This document shows positions 1 through 10,796 of a stretch of DNA of 64,000 nucleotides, piece by piece. Position numbers and translations under genes: made by a program. How positions within the stretch are numbered: position 1 is the stretch's first letter; the number at the start of each line of letters is the position of its first letter. Under the pieces are notes generated by a model. It was not told where the DNA came from, ran no database searches, and was given only the letters and a program-made list of their open reading frames with translations. Location of the stretch: assembly GCA_963748215.1 (NCBI GenBank), contig CAVVHS010000008.1:1-64000 (forward strand), read 5' to 3'. The stretch is from an uncultured Gammaproteobacteria bacterium (lineage in GTDB: Bacteria; Pseudomonadota; Gammaproteobacteria; UBA9214).

Positions 1-419
1 AAACGTTTTTGCCAAGATTGCCCTCCTCGCTCCGGCCCCAACCGTCTTCGGGGGAGCTCCGATATAGGTGCAGGAGCCTCGTTAGACGGGTTGCGCGGAA
101 CGGATAAGAAATTCGGTAACAAGATTGGACAGTCTATCGCGTTGTCGCGGCCATGTGCGCATTGAAATGGCCTCGGATCCTGGTGGCGCTGCCGGATGCC
201 TGGTAAAAGGACTCGGCATGGCCGATAAGATAGGCGGTTGGGATGCAACGCTTCAGGTGAAGCTGAAGTGCTTATGTCATCTATTCCCGGCATAGAGTTT
301 TAGATTTGAATAATTGCTGCTTAATGGCTGTAACTGAGTGACTGCCGACCGTGTCTAAACTGCCGCTCGCATGAATTGCGGAATGACTTGATCTGGCCGC
401 TTGAGCCAATAAGTCAGCC

Positions 420-533
420 AAGGAATCTCTGATTAATTTGTCATGCCGGCGAAGGCCGGCATCCAGGTCATTGAAGAATCTGGATCCCGGCATGTACCGG
501 GATGACGATGGGTGAATTAATCAGAGGTTCCCT
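420..533. mobile_element. MITE-like palindromic element, copy 1
   Basis: Terminal inverted repeats AGGAATCTCTGATTAATT...AATTAATCAGAGGTTCCCT enclose the hairpins GCCGGC-GAAG-GCCGGC and ATCCCGG-N6-CCGGGAT; a near-identical copy lies at 36752-36867. Confidence 0.8.
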
Positions 534-740
534 AATATAAAAAGTCGGCTTTTGCCGACTCTTTGAACATTCAATTTAAACGCTGAACTTCATCATCGGG
601 GCGATTTCGAAGTTCAGCAATCGCAGGTTCATCTGTTTGATGCAACACCAGCCTGCAGCTTATCTGCTGGCGTTTCATATTCCAGGGTTTTCCCCGGTCG
701 CTTATTCAGTCTTCGGGTCGCATTCCGGCCATAACCGGGT

Positions 741-801
741 GTTCAACGCTGGCTATCAGCGGATGCGCACAAGACGTGATCCGCTGCATGGCTTGCTAGG
801 T
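741..801 (-). other. attC-like integron cassette recombination site downstream of usp
   Basis: Minus strand reads ACCTAGC (R''-like, overlapping the stop codon), inner palindrome CAGCGGA...TCCGCTG, then GTTGAAC (R', GTTRRRY). Confidence 0.6.
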
Positions 802-1266
802 GCGTTCATGTGTTGGGACAACAAGAATCGGGCATTCGGATTTACGAAGGACCCCTTCGCTGACGCTACCCATGAGAAGCTGATACATCGCACCTCGTCC
901 ATGCGAACCTACTACAATCATATCAACATCGAGTTTTGAGGCTTCCTTCAGAATTGTATCTACTGTTGCGCCTTGTACAAGAAGGGCCGTCGCATCCAGG
1001 CCTGCCTTGCGTAATCGATCTGCCATATCTTGTATTTGGCGGTGCTCTGCGCGGAATCTTTTCGCCAGTGAATCCCGGAGTGATTGTGGATCCACTTCCA
1101 ATCCAATGGAGTCTGGTTCAAAACCTGCGATAGAAAAGTCAACCGGCCGGGGTTCTGCTATATGCAGGAGCCACACCTTTGCTGATAATGCCTTGGCGAT
1201 TTCTTCGGCCTTGAACACAATCTTTTCTGAAAATTCAGAAAGATCAACTGCCACCAGAAGTTTCAT
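796..1266 (-). CDS. Universal stress protein (UspA family)
   Basis: N-terminal LLVAVDLSEFS and C-terminal IVVGSHGRG...LMGSVSEGVLRKSECPILVV USP motifs. Confidence 0.93.
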   Translation of the reverse strand: MKLLVAVDLSEFSEKIVFKAEEIAKALSAKVWLLHIAEPRPVDFSIAGFEPDSIGLEVDPQSLRDSLAKRFRAEHRQIQDMADRLRKAGLDATALLVQGATVDTILKEASKLDVDMIVVGSHGRGAMYQLLMGSVSEGVLRKSECPILVVPTHERT

Positions 1267-1552
1267 ATCTTCTCTCCATTAATTATGCATCCAGGCACAA
1301 CAACAGGTAGCGCGCCTTAGGCACAGATTAAATAAGGAAAATAAGCCTTGCTTGTCTGTATATCAAGATAAGTCATTGCGGACAGAGACCCGGTACGCTG
1401 AAAGTCTCATCAGGAAACAGACATTCGATATGTCGCATGCAGGTAGAGACTGAACATATCAACGTGGATTCACGCGCTCCAGCCAGTTCTCGAGACTGTG
1501 ACCGGTCAGCCTGCGAGATGGCATACAGCGAGCTGAAAACTGTCGGCTATCG

Positions 1553-4500
1553 CTAGTTCACCCATACCCGCGCGTTGCGGAACATGCGCAGCCAGGGCCC
1601 GTCCTCGCCCCACTCCGCCGGATGCCAGGAATTGGTGAGCGTGCGGAACACGCGCTCGGGGTGCGGCATCATGATGGTGACGCGGCCGTCGGCGCTGCTC
1701 AGCGCCGTGATGCCCAGCGGCGAGCCGTTCGGGTTGACCGGGTAACGCTCGGTCGCCGCGCCACGCCCGTCGACATAACGCGCCGCGACCAGGCCGCTGG
1801 CCAGCACATCCGCAGCACCGGCGTCGCCGAACTCGGCACGCCCTTCGCCGTGCGCCACCGCGACCGGCAGGATGGAGCCGGCCATACCATCCAGCAGCAG
1901 CGAGGGCGAGTCGAGGATCTCGAGTTGCGCGAAGCGCGCCTCGAACTGTTCGGACTCGTTGCGTACGAAGCGCGGCCAGTCCGCAGCCCCCGGGATGAGC
2001 TCCTTCAGGCTCGACAGCATCTGGCAGCCGTTACACACCCCGAGCGCGAAGCTGTCGCTGCGTTCGAAAAACGCCGCGAACATATCGCGCAGCTCGGCAT
2101 GGAACAGCACCGACTTGGCCCAGCCCTGGCCGGCGCCGAGCACATCGCCGTAGGAGAAGCCGCCACAGGACACCAGCCCCTTGAAGCTATCGAGTGACGC
2201 GCGGCCCGCCAGCAGGTCGCTCATGTGCACATCGACGGCCTCGAACCCGGCGCGGTGAAATGCCGCCGCCATCTCGATCTGGCCATTGACGCCCTGCTCG
2301 CGCAGGATGGCGACACGCGGCCGCTCACCGGTCATTATCAGCGCCGCGGCCACGTCCTCCTGCGCATCGAAGTTTAGCACCGGCCGGATGCCCGGATCAC
2401 CGGCATCCAGCACGGCGTCGTATTCCTGCCGCGCACAGGCCGGGTTGTCGCGCAGCGCCTGCATACGGTAGCTGGTTTCCGACCATGCGCGCTGCAGCTC
2501 GATGCGCGACTCTTGGAACAGGGTGTTCTCGCCGGCGCTGATTTCCACGCTGTCGCTGTCGTTCAGGCGGCCGATCGCGTGCGTGTCGGCTTCCAGGCCA
2601 TGCTGCTTGAGGATGCGCATGACATCATGCATGTCGGCATTGCGTACCTGCACCAGCGCGCCGAGTTCTTCGGCAAACAGCGCGGCGACGGCATCGCTGC
2701 CGAGACCGTCGATATGGACCGACACACCGATACGGCCGGCGAACACCATCTCGCACAGGCAGGCCAGCAGGCCGCCGTCGGAGCGGTCGTGATAAGCCAG
2801 CAACAGGCCCTGCCGGTTGAGCTGCTGAATGGCGGTGAAGAAGGCCTTGAGCAGTGCCGGGGCATCGACATCCGGCGGCGTGGCACCGACCTGCTTGTAT
2901 ACCTGAGCCAGCGCCGAACCGCCGATGCGGTTGCGCCCCTGCCCCAGGTCGATCAGCAGCAACTCGGTCGGCCCGGCGTCGGTGCACAACTGCGGGGTCA
3001 GCGTGCGGCGCACGTCACTGACCTTCGCGAATGCGGACACGATCAGCGACAGCGGCGCCGTGACCGCCCGGTCGCCATCGTCTTCCCGCCAGACCGATTT
3101 CATGGACATGGAATCCTTGCCGACCGGGATGGCGATACCGAGCGCGGGACACAGCCCGGCGCCGACCGCCTGCACCGTGTCGTACAGGGTCGCGTCCTCG
3201 CCGGGGTGCCCGGCCGGCGCCATCCAGTTGGCCGACAGCACGATATGGCCGATGGCGTCGATCGCGCTGGCCGCGATATTGGTCACCGCCTCGCCCACGG
3301 CCATGCGCCCGGCAGCCGGGCCGTGCAGCAGGGCGAGCGGCGTGCGTTCGCCCATGGCCATGGCCTCGCCGGTAACGGACCGGTAGTCGGATACCGTCAC
3401 CGCGACATCGGCGACCGGCACCTGCCACGGCCCCACCATCTGATCGCGCACCACCATGCCGGTCACCGAGCGGTCACCGATGGTGATCAGGAAGGTCTTG
3501 TCCGCCACCGCGGGCAGGCGCAGTACGCGATACGCCGCCTCGCGCACGTCGAGGTCGGCGCAGGCAAATTCGGTATGCGTGGCCGCCAGGCGCTGCACGT
3601 CGCGCTGCATCTTGGGCGGCTTGCCCAGCAGCAGGCTCAGTGGCAGGTCGATGGGTGAATTGTCGAAATGACTGTCGCTCAGCAGCAGCCGTTGCTGCTC
3701 GGTGGCCGTACCCAGCACCGCATACGGGCAGCGCTCGCGCCGGCACATGCGCTCGAAGTCCTCCAGGTGCGCCTTGTCGATGGCCAGCACGTAACGTTCC
3801 TGCGACTCGTTGCACCACACCTGCAGCGGTGTCATGCCGGGGTCGTCGTTGGGAATGCTGCGCAGCTCGAAGCTGCCGCCGCGGCCGCTGTCGTTGACCA
3901 GTTCCGGCACGGCATTGGACAGGCCGCCGGCACCGACATCGTGAATGGACACGATCGGGTTGGCATCGCCCAGCGCCCAGCAGGCATCGATCACCTCCTG
4001 CGCACGCCTTTCCATCTCGGGATTGCCGCGCTGCACGGAGGCAAAATCGAGTTCCTCGGCACTGGTGCCGCTGGACATGGACGAGGCGGCGCCACCGCCC
4101 AGGCCGATCAGCATGGCCGGGCCGCCCAGCACCACGATCGGTGTCCCGGGCGGGATGGTGCCCTTGTCCACGTGTCCGGCACGGATCATGCCGCAGCCGC
4201 CGGCCAGCATGATCGGCTTGTGGTAGCCGCGCAGCTCGGGGCCGCTGGCACCGGGCACCCGTTCCTCGAAGGTGCGAAAGTAACCGCACAGGTTGGGGCG
4301 GCCGAATTCGTTGTTGAAGGCGGCTGCGCCGAGCGGAGCCTCGAGCATGATCTCCAGCGCGGAAGCAATCCGTGCCGGCTTGCCGTGGTCGGTTTCCCAG
4401 GGCTGCTCGAATCCCGGGATACGCAGGTTCGACACGGAAAAGCCGCACAGTCCGGCCTTGGGCCTGGCACCGCGTCCGGTCGCGCCCTCGTCGCGGATCT

Positions 4501-5449
4501 CGCCGCCGGAACCGGTCGCCGCACCCGGAAACGGCGAAATGGCCGTCGGATGGTTATGGGTCTCGACCTTGATGACGAGGTGCGCCGACTCGGCGTGTTC
4601 CGCGTAACCATGGTCTTTCGGGTGGGCAAAGAACCGCTGCACGGGGTAGCCTTCCACCACGGCCGCGTTGTCGCTGTAGGCGGACAGGATGCCGGCCGGG
4701 CTGGCCCGGTAGGAGGCGCGGATCATGTCGAACAGGCTGCTGTCCTGAGCCTGCCCGTCGATCAGCCAGTCGGCGTTGAAGATCTTGTGCCGGCAGTGTT
4801 CCGAGTTGGCCTGTGCGAACATCATCAGCTCGATGTCCACCGGGTTGCGCCCGAGTGCGGTGAAATTTTCCACCAGGTAGTCGATCTCGTCCGCCGACAG
4901 CGCCAGGCCCAGCTCGCGGTTGGCAGTCTCCAGCGCGGCGCGGCCACCGCCCAGCACGTCGATGCGTTCACAGGGTGCCGGCACCGCGTGACGGAACAAT
5001 GCGCGCGTATCGTCGACGCTGGACAGCACGGTCTCGGTCATACGGTCGTGCAATAGCGGCAGCAGGACAGTGAGCCGCTGCCGGTCCGGCAGGCTGCCGG
5101 TTGCCAGCGTGAAACGGTAGACGATGCCGCGCTCCACGCGGCGCACCTTGTGCAGGCCGCAGTTGTGCACGATGTCGGTGGCCTTGCTCGACCAGGGCGA
5201 GATGGTGCCCGGGCGCGGCACCACGATAAGCGTCGGACCCTCGGCCGGCGCGGCCGTCTGGTGCGGCCCGTAATGCAGCAGTTTTTCCAGGATATCGCGC
5301 TCATGCGCGGAAAGCGGCTCATCGAGCTCGGCGATGTGCAGGTAATCGGCGGCAAGCCCCGCCAGGTCCGGTAACAGTTCGCGACACTGCCCGATCAGCT
5401 TGTCGAGACGGAATTGAGAATGGGCGGGACAACCGCGCAGGTACAGCAT
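1553..5449 (-). CDS. purL: Phosphoribosylformylglycinamidine synthase (large form)
   Basis: 1298 aa; [41 protein letters not shown]. Confidence 0.99.
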   Translation of the reverse strand: MLYLRGCPAHSQFRLDKLIGQCRELLPDLAGLAADYLHIAELDEPLSAHERDILEKLLHYGPHQTAAPAEGPTLIVVPRPGTISPWSSKATDIVHNCGLHKVRRVERGIVYRFTLATGSLPDRQRLTVLLPLLHDRMTETVLSSVDDTRALFRHAVPAPCERIDVLGGGRAALETANRELGLALSADEIDYLVENFTALGRNPVDIELMMFAQANSEHCRHKIFNADWLIDGQAQDSSLFDMIRASYRASPAGILSAYSDNAAVVEGYPVQRFFAHPKDHGYAEHAESAHLVIKVETHNHPTAISPFPGAATGSGGEIRDEGATGRGARPKAGLCGFSVSNLRIPGFEQPWETDHGKPARIASALEIMLEAPLGAAAFNNEFGRPNLCGYFRTFEERVPGASGPELRGYHKPIMLAGGCGMIRAGHVDKGTIPPGTPIVVLGGPAMLIGLGGGAASSMSSGTSAEELDFASVQRGNPEMERRAQEVIDACWALGDANPIVSIHDVGAGGLSNAVPELVNDSGRGGSFELRSIPNDDPGMTPLQVWCNESQERYVLAIDKAHLEDFERMCRRERCPYAVLGTATEQQRLLLSDSHFDNSPIDLPLSLLLGKPPKMQRDVQRLAATHTEFACADLDVREAAYRVLRLPAVADKTFLITIGDRSVTGMVVRDQMVGPWQVPVADVAVTVSDYRSVTGEAMAMGERTPLALLHGPAAGRMAVGEAVTNIAASAIDAIGHIVLSANWMAPAGHPGEDATLYDTVQAVGAGLCPALGIAIPVGKDSMSMKSVWREDDGDRAVTAPLSLIVSAFAKVSDVRRTLTPQLCTDAGPTELLLIDLGQGRNRIGGSALAQVYKQVGATPPDVDAPALLKAFFTAIQQLNRQGLLLAYHDRSDGGLLACLCEMVFAGRIGVSVHIDGLGSDAVAALFAEELGALVQVRNADMHDVMRILKQHGLEADTHAIGRLNDSDSVEISAGENTLFQESRIELQRAWSETSYRMQALRDNPACARQEYDAVLDAGDPGIRPVLNFDAQEDVAAALIMTGERPRVAILREQGVNGQIEMAAAFHRAGFEAVDVHMSDLLAGRASLDSFKGLVSCGGFSYGDVLGAGQGWAKSVLFHAELRDMFAAFFERSDSFALGVCNGCQMLSSLKELIPGAADWPRFVRNESEQFEARFAQLEILDSPSLLLDGMAGSILPVAVAHGEGRAEFGDAGAADVLASGLVAARYVDGRGAATERYPVNPNGSPLGITALSSADGRVTIMMPHPERVFRTLTNSWHPAEWGEDGPWLRMFRNARVWVN

Positions 5450-5546
5450 TACGACTCCAGGACAGGACCCCCGTGAAGCGGGGAATGATACTGGATCACC
5501 CCGGCAAAGTCAGCGCGGCCGCCGTTGCAATCCGTGGCCAACGGTC

Positions 5547-5662
5547 GTGAATACTCCACCAGCCAAACCCGGTGGCTTCGGGTTATGGCTGAAAGCCGGA
5601 TCGATCGGCCATGCGGCCGATTTAACCTGCCTCCTGAGGGGAACGCCGGGGAGTGGTACTAG
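5547..5662 (-). mobile_element. Possible internally deleted IS200/IS605-type element (ends only, no tnpA)
   Basis: Subterminal hairpin CCACCAG-CCAAAC-CCGGTGG next to GAATACT, plus an ATCGGCC-ATGC-GGCCGAT hairpin; resembles IS200-family end structures by recall; no ORF. Confidence 0.4.
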
Positions 5663-5665
5663 AAA

Positions 5666-5960
5666 TGCAGGTTGCGTTTCACGCACGGGCAACGGTGCGC
5701 ACAGCGCACCCTGCGATCATACGAACGCCTTTTGCGACACCCGGCGCAAGAAGTCGGGGTACAGCGTTTATTTCCGTGTCATTCCGTGTGATTCCGTGGC
5801 CATTTTCTTTTTACGTTTCACGTCTCGCGTCACATCGGATGTAGGGTGCACTCCGTGCACCGTTCCCGGTGCGTAAAACGCACCCTGCATCCGTGTTTCC
5901 GTGTATTTCCGTGTGGTTCCGTGGCCATCCAGAGCCGCAGCCGGTGTTCACATTTCACGC
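5666..5960. repeat. Composite repeat mosaic: GTAG/GCAG-type REP doublets, TTCCGTG(T/G) decamer arrays and TTTCACG units
   Basis: GTAGGGTGCAC...GTGCGTAAAACGCACCCTGC; TTCCGTGTCATTCCGTGTGATTCCGTGGCCAT; same modules recur at 50721-51114, 52419-52803 and 60134-60332. Confidence 0.85.
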
Positions 5961-6015
5961 CTCACTCCATGGAGCATGGTGGGCGGCATGGCGCAGGCGA
6001 GGCCTGCGGGATGCC

Positions 6016-6777
6016 CTAGCAGACGGCCCGCCATTCGAGACCGGCATCCTGATCGGCGACGCCGATCCAGTGCGGTTCGCAGCCCAGCGCGTCCGACAGC
6101 GCCGCGCGCGCCAGTTCCGGGCTGTTGTTCCGATCGCTCAGGTGGGCGGCAACCAGGTGCTGCAGGCGCGAGGTGTCGACCCGCGCGAGCAGTTCACCGG
6201 CCTGGGCATTGCTCAGGTGGCCGAGCGGTCCGCCGACGCGCTGTTTCAGCGAGGCGGGATAGGGTCCGCACGCCAGCAGCTCCGCATCGTGGTTGCACTC
6301 CAGCAGCAGCGCGTCGCAGTGATCGAGGCATTCGACGATGTGCGGCGTCATGCGCCCGGTATCGGTAATCACACCCAGCCGGTGCGCGCCATCGCCAAAC
6401 ACGTACTGGCACGGCTCGCGGGCGTCATGAGGCACGGTGAACGGCATGACCTGCAGGTCATCGATGGCAAACCCCTGGTGTCCGTCGCAATGGCGGACAT
6501 CGGGCAGATCGTTGTCGCGCAGCATGCGCCACGTACCGCGCGTCAGCCACACCGGGAGGTCGTACTTGCGTGCCAGCGCGGCCACGCCGCGCACGTGATC
6601 GCCGTGTTCATGCGTCACCAGCAGTGCACTGAGTTGCTGCGCGGATCGATCGAGGCGCGCCAGGCGGCGCTCGGTCTCGCGGCAGGAAAAGCCGCAATCG
6701 ACCATCACCAGCGTGTTGCCCGCCTCGACCAGGGTGGCATTGCCGCGGCTGCCGCTGCCCAGCGAGGCGAAACGCAT
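6016..6777 (-). CDS. MBL-fold metallo-hydrolase (YycJ/WalJ-like)
   Basis: MRFASLGSGSRGN start, THEHGDH metal motif, HDAREP, GHLSN; typical position downstream of bamC. Confidence 0.92.
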   Translation of the reverse strand: MRFASLGSGSRGNATLVEAGNTLVMVDCGFSCRETERRLARLDRSAQQLSALLVTHEHGDHVRGVAALARKYDLPVWLTRGTWRMLRDNDLPDVRHCDGHQGFAIDDLQVMPFTVPHDAREPCQYVFGDGAHRLGVITDTGRMTPHIVECLDHCDALLLECNHDAELLACGPYPASLKQRVGGPLGHLSNAQAGELLARVDTSRLQHLVAAHLSDRNNSPELARAALSDALGCEPHWIGVADQDAGLEWRAVC

Positions 6778-6941
6778 GCCTAGCAGCCGGTCCGGGCAGC
6801 GCTGAACCTGCTGCGAAAGCGCCATGACGACCCACCTGCGCGCCTGTCCTCAAACAGCATTCACCATGCGCCCCGCACGCGTATCCGTCTGTTTCCGCCG
6901 TGCCACTGCCTCGCGGCGGTCGCCATTACCCGGACAGGCAC

Positions 6942-8060
6942 CTAGCGGAGCTGCTCTTCCAGCAGGGTCAGAATACGTTTCGCCGTGGGGCTGGTATCGC
7001 GCTCGCCCTTGCTGTTCTTGACGATGGCATGCGTGTCCGCACCGCTGGCCTGCAACTCGATGCGGTACTCGTCGCCGTCTTTGTCATCGTCCGACGACCA
7101 GAACGCGAGCTTGTTGAGAATGCCCTTCTTGTCCTGCTCGCCGAGCGGATCGTTGTACTTGACGTAGTAGGTTCCGCTGGAACGGTCACGATCCTGTACG
7201 GTGAATCCGACCCGGTCGAGCGCCACGCCGGCACGGCGCCAGGCACGCGAGTAGTCTTCCCTGATGATCAGCATGGTCCCGCTGCCGTCAGTAAGCAGTT
7301 CCGCGCGCACCTCTGGCTCCGTGCGCTGCGCCAGCAGGGTCTGCGCCTTCTGTTCCTCGACGCCGAGGAAGACCAGCATGCGCTTGGTCATTTCCGCCTC
7401 CAGCTCGGGATCGGAGGGACGCGGTTGCCAGGTGGACGAGGCATCGGCGGCGCCGCCCTTGATGACTTCCTCGACACCGCGATGGGTCAGGTAGATCTCG
7501 GTGATACCGGCGTCACTGCCCCGTTCCAGGCGCACCCGGTACTTGTCGCGCGTGGCGGCCGAGTAGACCGCATCGAGCGCCTTGCCGATCAGATTGCGTA
7601 TCGCGCCCTGCGGAATGTCGGCACGGTTCTCTTTCCAGTCGGTTTCGAGAATGCCGAGCCGCGGGTCCTCGAGCGTGAGCAGGAAACCCTCCTGCAGCCA
7701 GAATTCCCTGATCCGCGGCCAGAGCTGTTCCGGGCTGCCCTTCACGACCAGCCATTGCTGGTCACCATCGCGCTCCACACGCACGTCGGAACTGACCGGC
7801 ATCACCCCCGTGGACTCGCGTGCCGGCTGGGTCGCGCCGAAATCCGACAGCGTGGCCTGCGCCGCGCTCAGTTGCTCGGGCGCTTCGTTGATGGTGGAGG
7901 AAGACAGCTCCGGCGGCACCTCGAGGGTGTCGATCGCCTTGCTCTTCTTGTAGTCGATCTTGTCGCGTCCCGGCGCCATCTTGTCCATGACGCCGCAGGA
8001 GGCCAGTAACAGACCGGCCAGCATGATCCCGAAAGCTCCGGATATGGATTTGCACTGCAT
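6942..8060 (-). CDS. bamC: Outer membrane protein assembly factor BamC (NlpB/DapX lipoprotein)
   Basis: Lipobox LLASC, LEVPPEL, GILETDW, RDKYRVRLE; directly downstream of dapA. Confidence 0.93.
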   Translation of the reverse strand: MQCKSISGAFGIMLAGLLLASCGVMDKMAPGRDKIDYKKSKAIDTLEVPPELSSSTINEAPEQLSAAQATLSDFGATQPARESTGVMPVSSDVRVERDGDQQWLVVKGSPEQLWPRIREFWLQEGFLLTLEDPRLGILETDWKENRADIPQGAIRNLIGKALDAVYSAATRDKYRVRLERGSDAGITEIYLTHRGVEEVIKGGAADASSTWQPRPSDPELEAEMTKRMLVFLGVEEQKAQTLLAQRTEPEVRAELLTDGSGTMLIIREDYSRAWRRAGVALDRVGFTVQDRDRSSGTYYVKYNDPLGEQDKKGILNKLAFWSSDDDKDGDEYRIELQASGADTHAIVKNSKGERDTSPTAKRILTLLEEQLR

Positions 8061-8064
8061 AGAT

Positions 8065-8952
8065 TTACCCTGCGGTTAGCGGCACGCCGGCCTGCCGGAG
8101 CGCCTGCCTGATTGTTTCATGGTGCCTCTCCGCCAGCGGCGTCAGCGGAAGCCGGATGCCGGGAGGAATCATACCCATTTCGTACAGCGCCCACTTGACC
8201 GGAATCGGGTTGGACTCCACGAACAGTGTGCGGTGCAGAATGTCCAGCCGGCTGTTGATGACTTCCGCCGCCTGCCGGTCGCCACGCATGGCCGCTGCAC
8301 AAAGTTCGTGCATCGCCGCCGGCACGATGTTGGCCGTGACGGAGATGTTGCCCCTGCCACCCATCAGCATCAATTCCATGGCCGTGGCATCATCACCGCT
8401 GTAGATTGCGAAATCCGTGCCGCAACGCTGCATGATGTCCCGCGCACGCTCAAGGTTGCCGGTCGCCTCCTTGATGCCGATGATGTTCTCGACCGGCGCG
8501 AGCCGCGCCACCGTTTCCGGCAACATGTCGATGGCGGTTCGTCCGGGCACATTGTACAGAATCTGCGGCACCGGTACGGCCTCGGCGATAGCCAGGTGAT
8601 GCCGGTACAGCCCCTCCTGGGTGGGCTTGTTGTAGTACGGCGTCACCAGCAGGCAGGCGTCGGCCCCCGCCTCGTGCGCACAGCGGGTCAGCTCGATGGC
8701 CTCGCGGGTGGAATTCGCACCGGTACCGGCGATGACCGGTAGCCGTCCGGCGGCCATGTCCACGATGCGCCGAATGAGGTAACAATGCTCTTCCTCGTCC
8801 AGGGTGGCGGATTCGCCGGTCGTGCCGACCGCAACCAGGGCGTCGGAGCGCTGGTCCACGTGGAAGTCGACCAGCCGCTGCAGGCTTTCCTCGTCGATGG
8901 CGCCGTCCGCGTGCATCGGGGTCACCAGCGCCACAATACTGCCTTGAAACAT
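8065..8952 (-). CDS. dapA: 4-hydroxy-tetrahydrodipicolinate synthase
   Basis: [39 protein letters not shown]; start set at MFQGSIVAL. Confidence 0.98.
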   Translation of the reverse strand: MFQGSIVALVTPMHADGAIDEESLQRLVDFHVDQRSDALVAVGTTGESATLDEEEHCYLIRRIVDMAAGRLPVIAGTGANSTREAIELTRCAHEAGADACLLVTPYYNKPTQEGLYRHHLAIAEAVPVPQILYNVPGRTAIDMLPETVARLAPVENIIGIKEATGNLERARDIMQRCGTDFAIYSGDDATAMELMLMGGRGNISVTANIVPAAMHELCAAAMRGDRQAAEVINSRLDILHRTLFVESNPIPVKWALYEMGMIPPGIRLPLTPLAERHHETIRQALRQAGVPLTAG

Positions 8953-9115
8953 TACTGAATTCTCCACGCACGGAAGAAAACCGACATGGTACTGGCGGCA
9001 CCTGCGACTGACAAGGCAATCCTGCGACAGGCCCGGAGCGCCACGCGGGGCGTGGCAAAAGTGGTAAACTGGCCCTGACTGCAGCTATGCTCCCTGAAGT
9101 CTCCGGAAACGATGA

Positions 9116-9667
9116 ATGAACGAAAAATCCGCATCCAACAACCATCATCTGGTCATCGCCGCGCTGGGCGAGGACAAGACCGGCCTGGTCGACGAGTTTT
9201 CCCGCTGCATCCTGCAGAGCGGCTGCACCATCAGTGACAGCCGCATGGCCGTACTGGGCGGCGACTTCGCCCTGCTGCTGCAAGTAGCCGGCAACTGGAA
9301 CAATATCGCCAAACTGGAGGACCAGCTGCCGGGACTGGAACAACGGCTGAGTCTCACCATCACCGCACACCGCACCTCCGAACGCGCGGGCAGCCGGGAC
9401 CTGCTGCCCTACGGCGTCGACGTGGTGGCGCTGGACCAGCCCGGCATCGTGCACAACCTGGCCAGGTTCTTCTCCCGGCGCAATATCAACATCCAGGAAA
9501 TGCTGACGACCAGTTACGCGGCTGCGCATAGCGGCACGCCGATGTTCTCGGTGCACCTGACCGTCGAAATACCGGCCAGCCAGCAGATCTCCGCGTTGCG
9601 CGAGGAATTCATGGAATTTTGTGACCAGCTCAATCTCGATGCCGTGATCGAGCCGGTCAAGGGCTAG
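9116..9667 (+). CDS. gcvR: Glycine cleavage system transcriptional repressor (double ACT domain)
   Basis: LVIAALGEDKTGLV and ALDQPGIV ACT motifs; divergent from dapA and upstream of bcp. Confidence 0.93.
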   Translation: MNEKSASNNHHLVIAALGEDKTGLVDEFSRCILQSGCTISDSRMAVLGGDFALLLQVAGNWNNIAKLEDQLPGLEQRLSLTITAHRTSERAGSRDLLPYGVDVVALDQPGIVHNLARFFSRRNINIQEMLTTSYAAAHSGTPMFSVHLTVEIPASQQISALREEFMEFCDQLNLDAVIEPVKG

Positions 9668-9677
9668 CAACTTTAAA

Positions 9678-10025
9678 ATGGCCACGGAAACACACGGAAC
9701 AACACGGAAAGACAAAGGAAATATAAATCCCCATCATTAACTTCAGTGTGCTTTCGCGGCTGTTTTTTTCGGGGTTAATGGCCACGGAAAAACACGTAAA
9801 AATGACAAAACATTCCGTGTGTTTCAGTGTGTTTCCGTGGCCATTTAAATATCTGGAAATACAGACAGAAAGAAAAAACCAATCCATAGCCTATTGTTGC
9901 GTGGATTCCGTGGGTTCCGTGGATTCCGTGGATTCCGTGGCTATTTTTACAGGGTTAATGGCCACGGAATTCGCGGAAAAACACGGAACAATGACAAAAC
10001 ATTCTGTGTGTTTCCGTGGCCATTT
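9678..10025. repeat. Array of inverted GCCACGGAA/TTCCGTGGC decamer-repeat elements
   Basis: Repeated ATGGCCACGGAA(N)CACACGGAA...TTCCGTGTGTTTCCGTGGCCAT units and (GTGGATTCC)x4 at 9901-9940. Confidence 0.88.
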
Positions 10026-10055
10026 GAATTTCTGAAATAGTGAACCAGGAAATCA

Positions 10056-10250
10056 AGGGGTCAGGTCCGTAGGATGCGGTGAGCTTGCGAACCGCATCAA
10101 CCGCCACAGATGCAATAGGTGCAGGAGCGCTTCTTTCGGAAGGTGGAAGATCGCCGACGCGGTCCGCTCCTGCAGAAATATCTGATTTGGGTAGGAGCGG
10201 ATCTCATCCGCGATGCGCAATCACGGAAACTCCTTACGCACCGCCCATCA
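10056..10250. repeat. GTAG-type REP cluster (GTAGGATGCG and GTAGGAGCG families)
   Basis: GTAGGATGCGGT...ACCGCATC, CGCGGTCCGCTCCTGC and GTAGGAGCGGATCTCATCCGCGAT. Confidence 0.75.
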
Positions 10251-10278
10251 CATTCTTACCGCAAGGAGGTACAGACTC

Positions 10279-10746
10279 ATGAGCAAGGTGAAGATAGACA
10301 AGAAGGTGCCTGATTTCCGGTTACCCGCGACCGGCGACAAGGAGATCGCGCTCTCCGACTACCTGGGCAAACGCGTGGTGGTCTATTTCTACCCCAAGGA
10401 CAGTACCCCGGGCTGCACGACCGAGGGTCAGGATTTTCGCGACAGCATCCCTACCTTCAGGCGCCGCAACACCGTGATCCTCGGCATCTCCCGCGACAGC
10501 ATCAAGTCCCATGAGAATTTCAAGGCGAAGCAGCAATTCCCGTTCGAACTGTTGTCGGACGCCGACGAAAAGGCCTGCAAGCTGTTTGACGTCATCCGTG
10601 AAAAGAACATGTACGGCAGAAAGGTGATGGGCGTGGAGCGCAGCACCTTCCTGATCGACGAGCAGGGTATGCTGCGCCGGGAATGGCGCAAGGTGTCGGT
10701 TAAGGGGCATGTCGCGGAAGTGCTGGACGCGATCAATGAACTGTAG
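10279..10746 (+). CDS. bcp: Peroxiredoxin (Bcp/PrxQ)
   Basis: YFYPKDSTPGCTTE, ERSTFLID; RBS AAGGAGG upstream. Confidence 0.96.
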   Translation: MSKVKIDKKVPDFRLPATGDKEIALSDYLGKRVVVYFYPKDSTPGCTTEGQDFRDSIPTFRRRNTVILGISRDSIKSHENFKAKQQFPFELLSDADEKACKLFDVIREKNMYGRKVMGVERSTFLIDEQGMLRREWRKVSVKGHVAEVLDAINEL

Positions 10747-10796
10747 CAACGCCGTTAACGTGATACACCCGGCCGGTCAGGCCGGGCGCAAGGCAT

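Noticed and set aside
281-493. 70-aa ORF resembling the N-terminus of ORF 36254-36826
   Set aside because: The similarity comes from the shared MITE sequence, not from a protein family
9678-10025. CRISPR array suggested by regularly repeated sequence
   Set aside because: Units are 9-10 bp, degenerate and arranged in inverted pairs, with no constant 23-47 bp repeats, no uniform spacers and no cas genes
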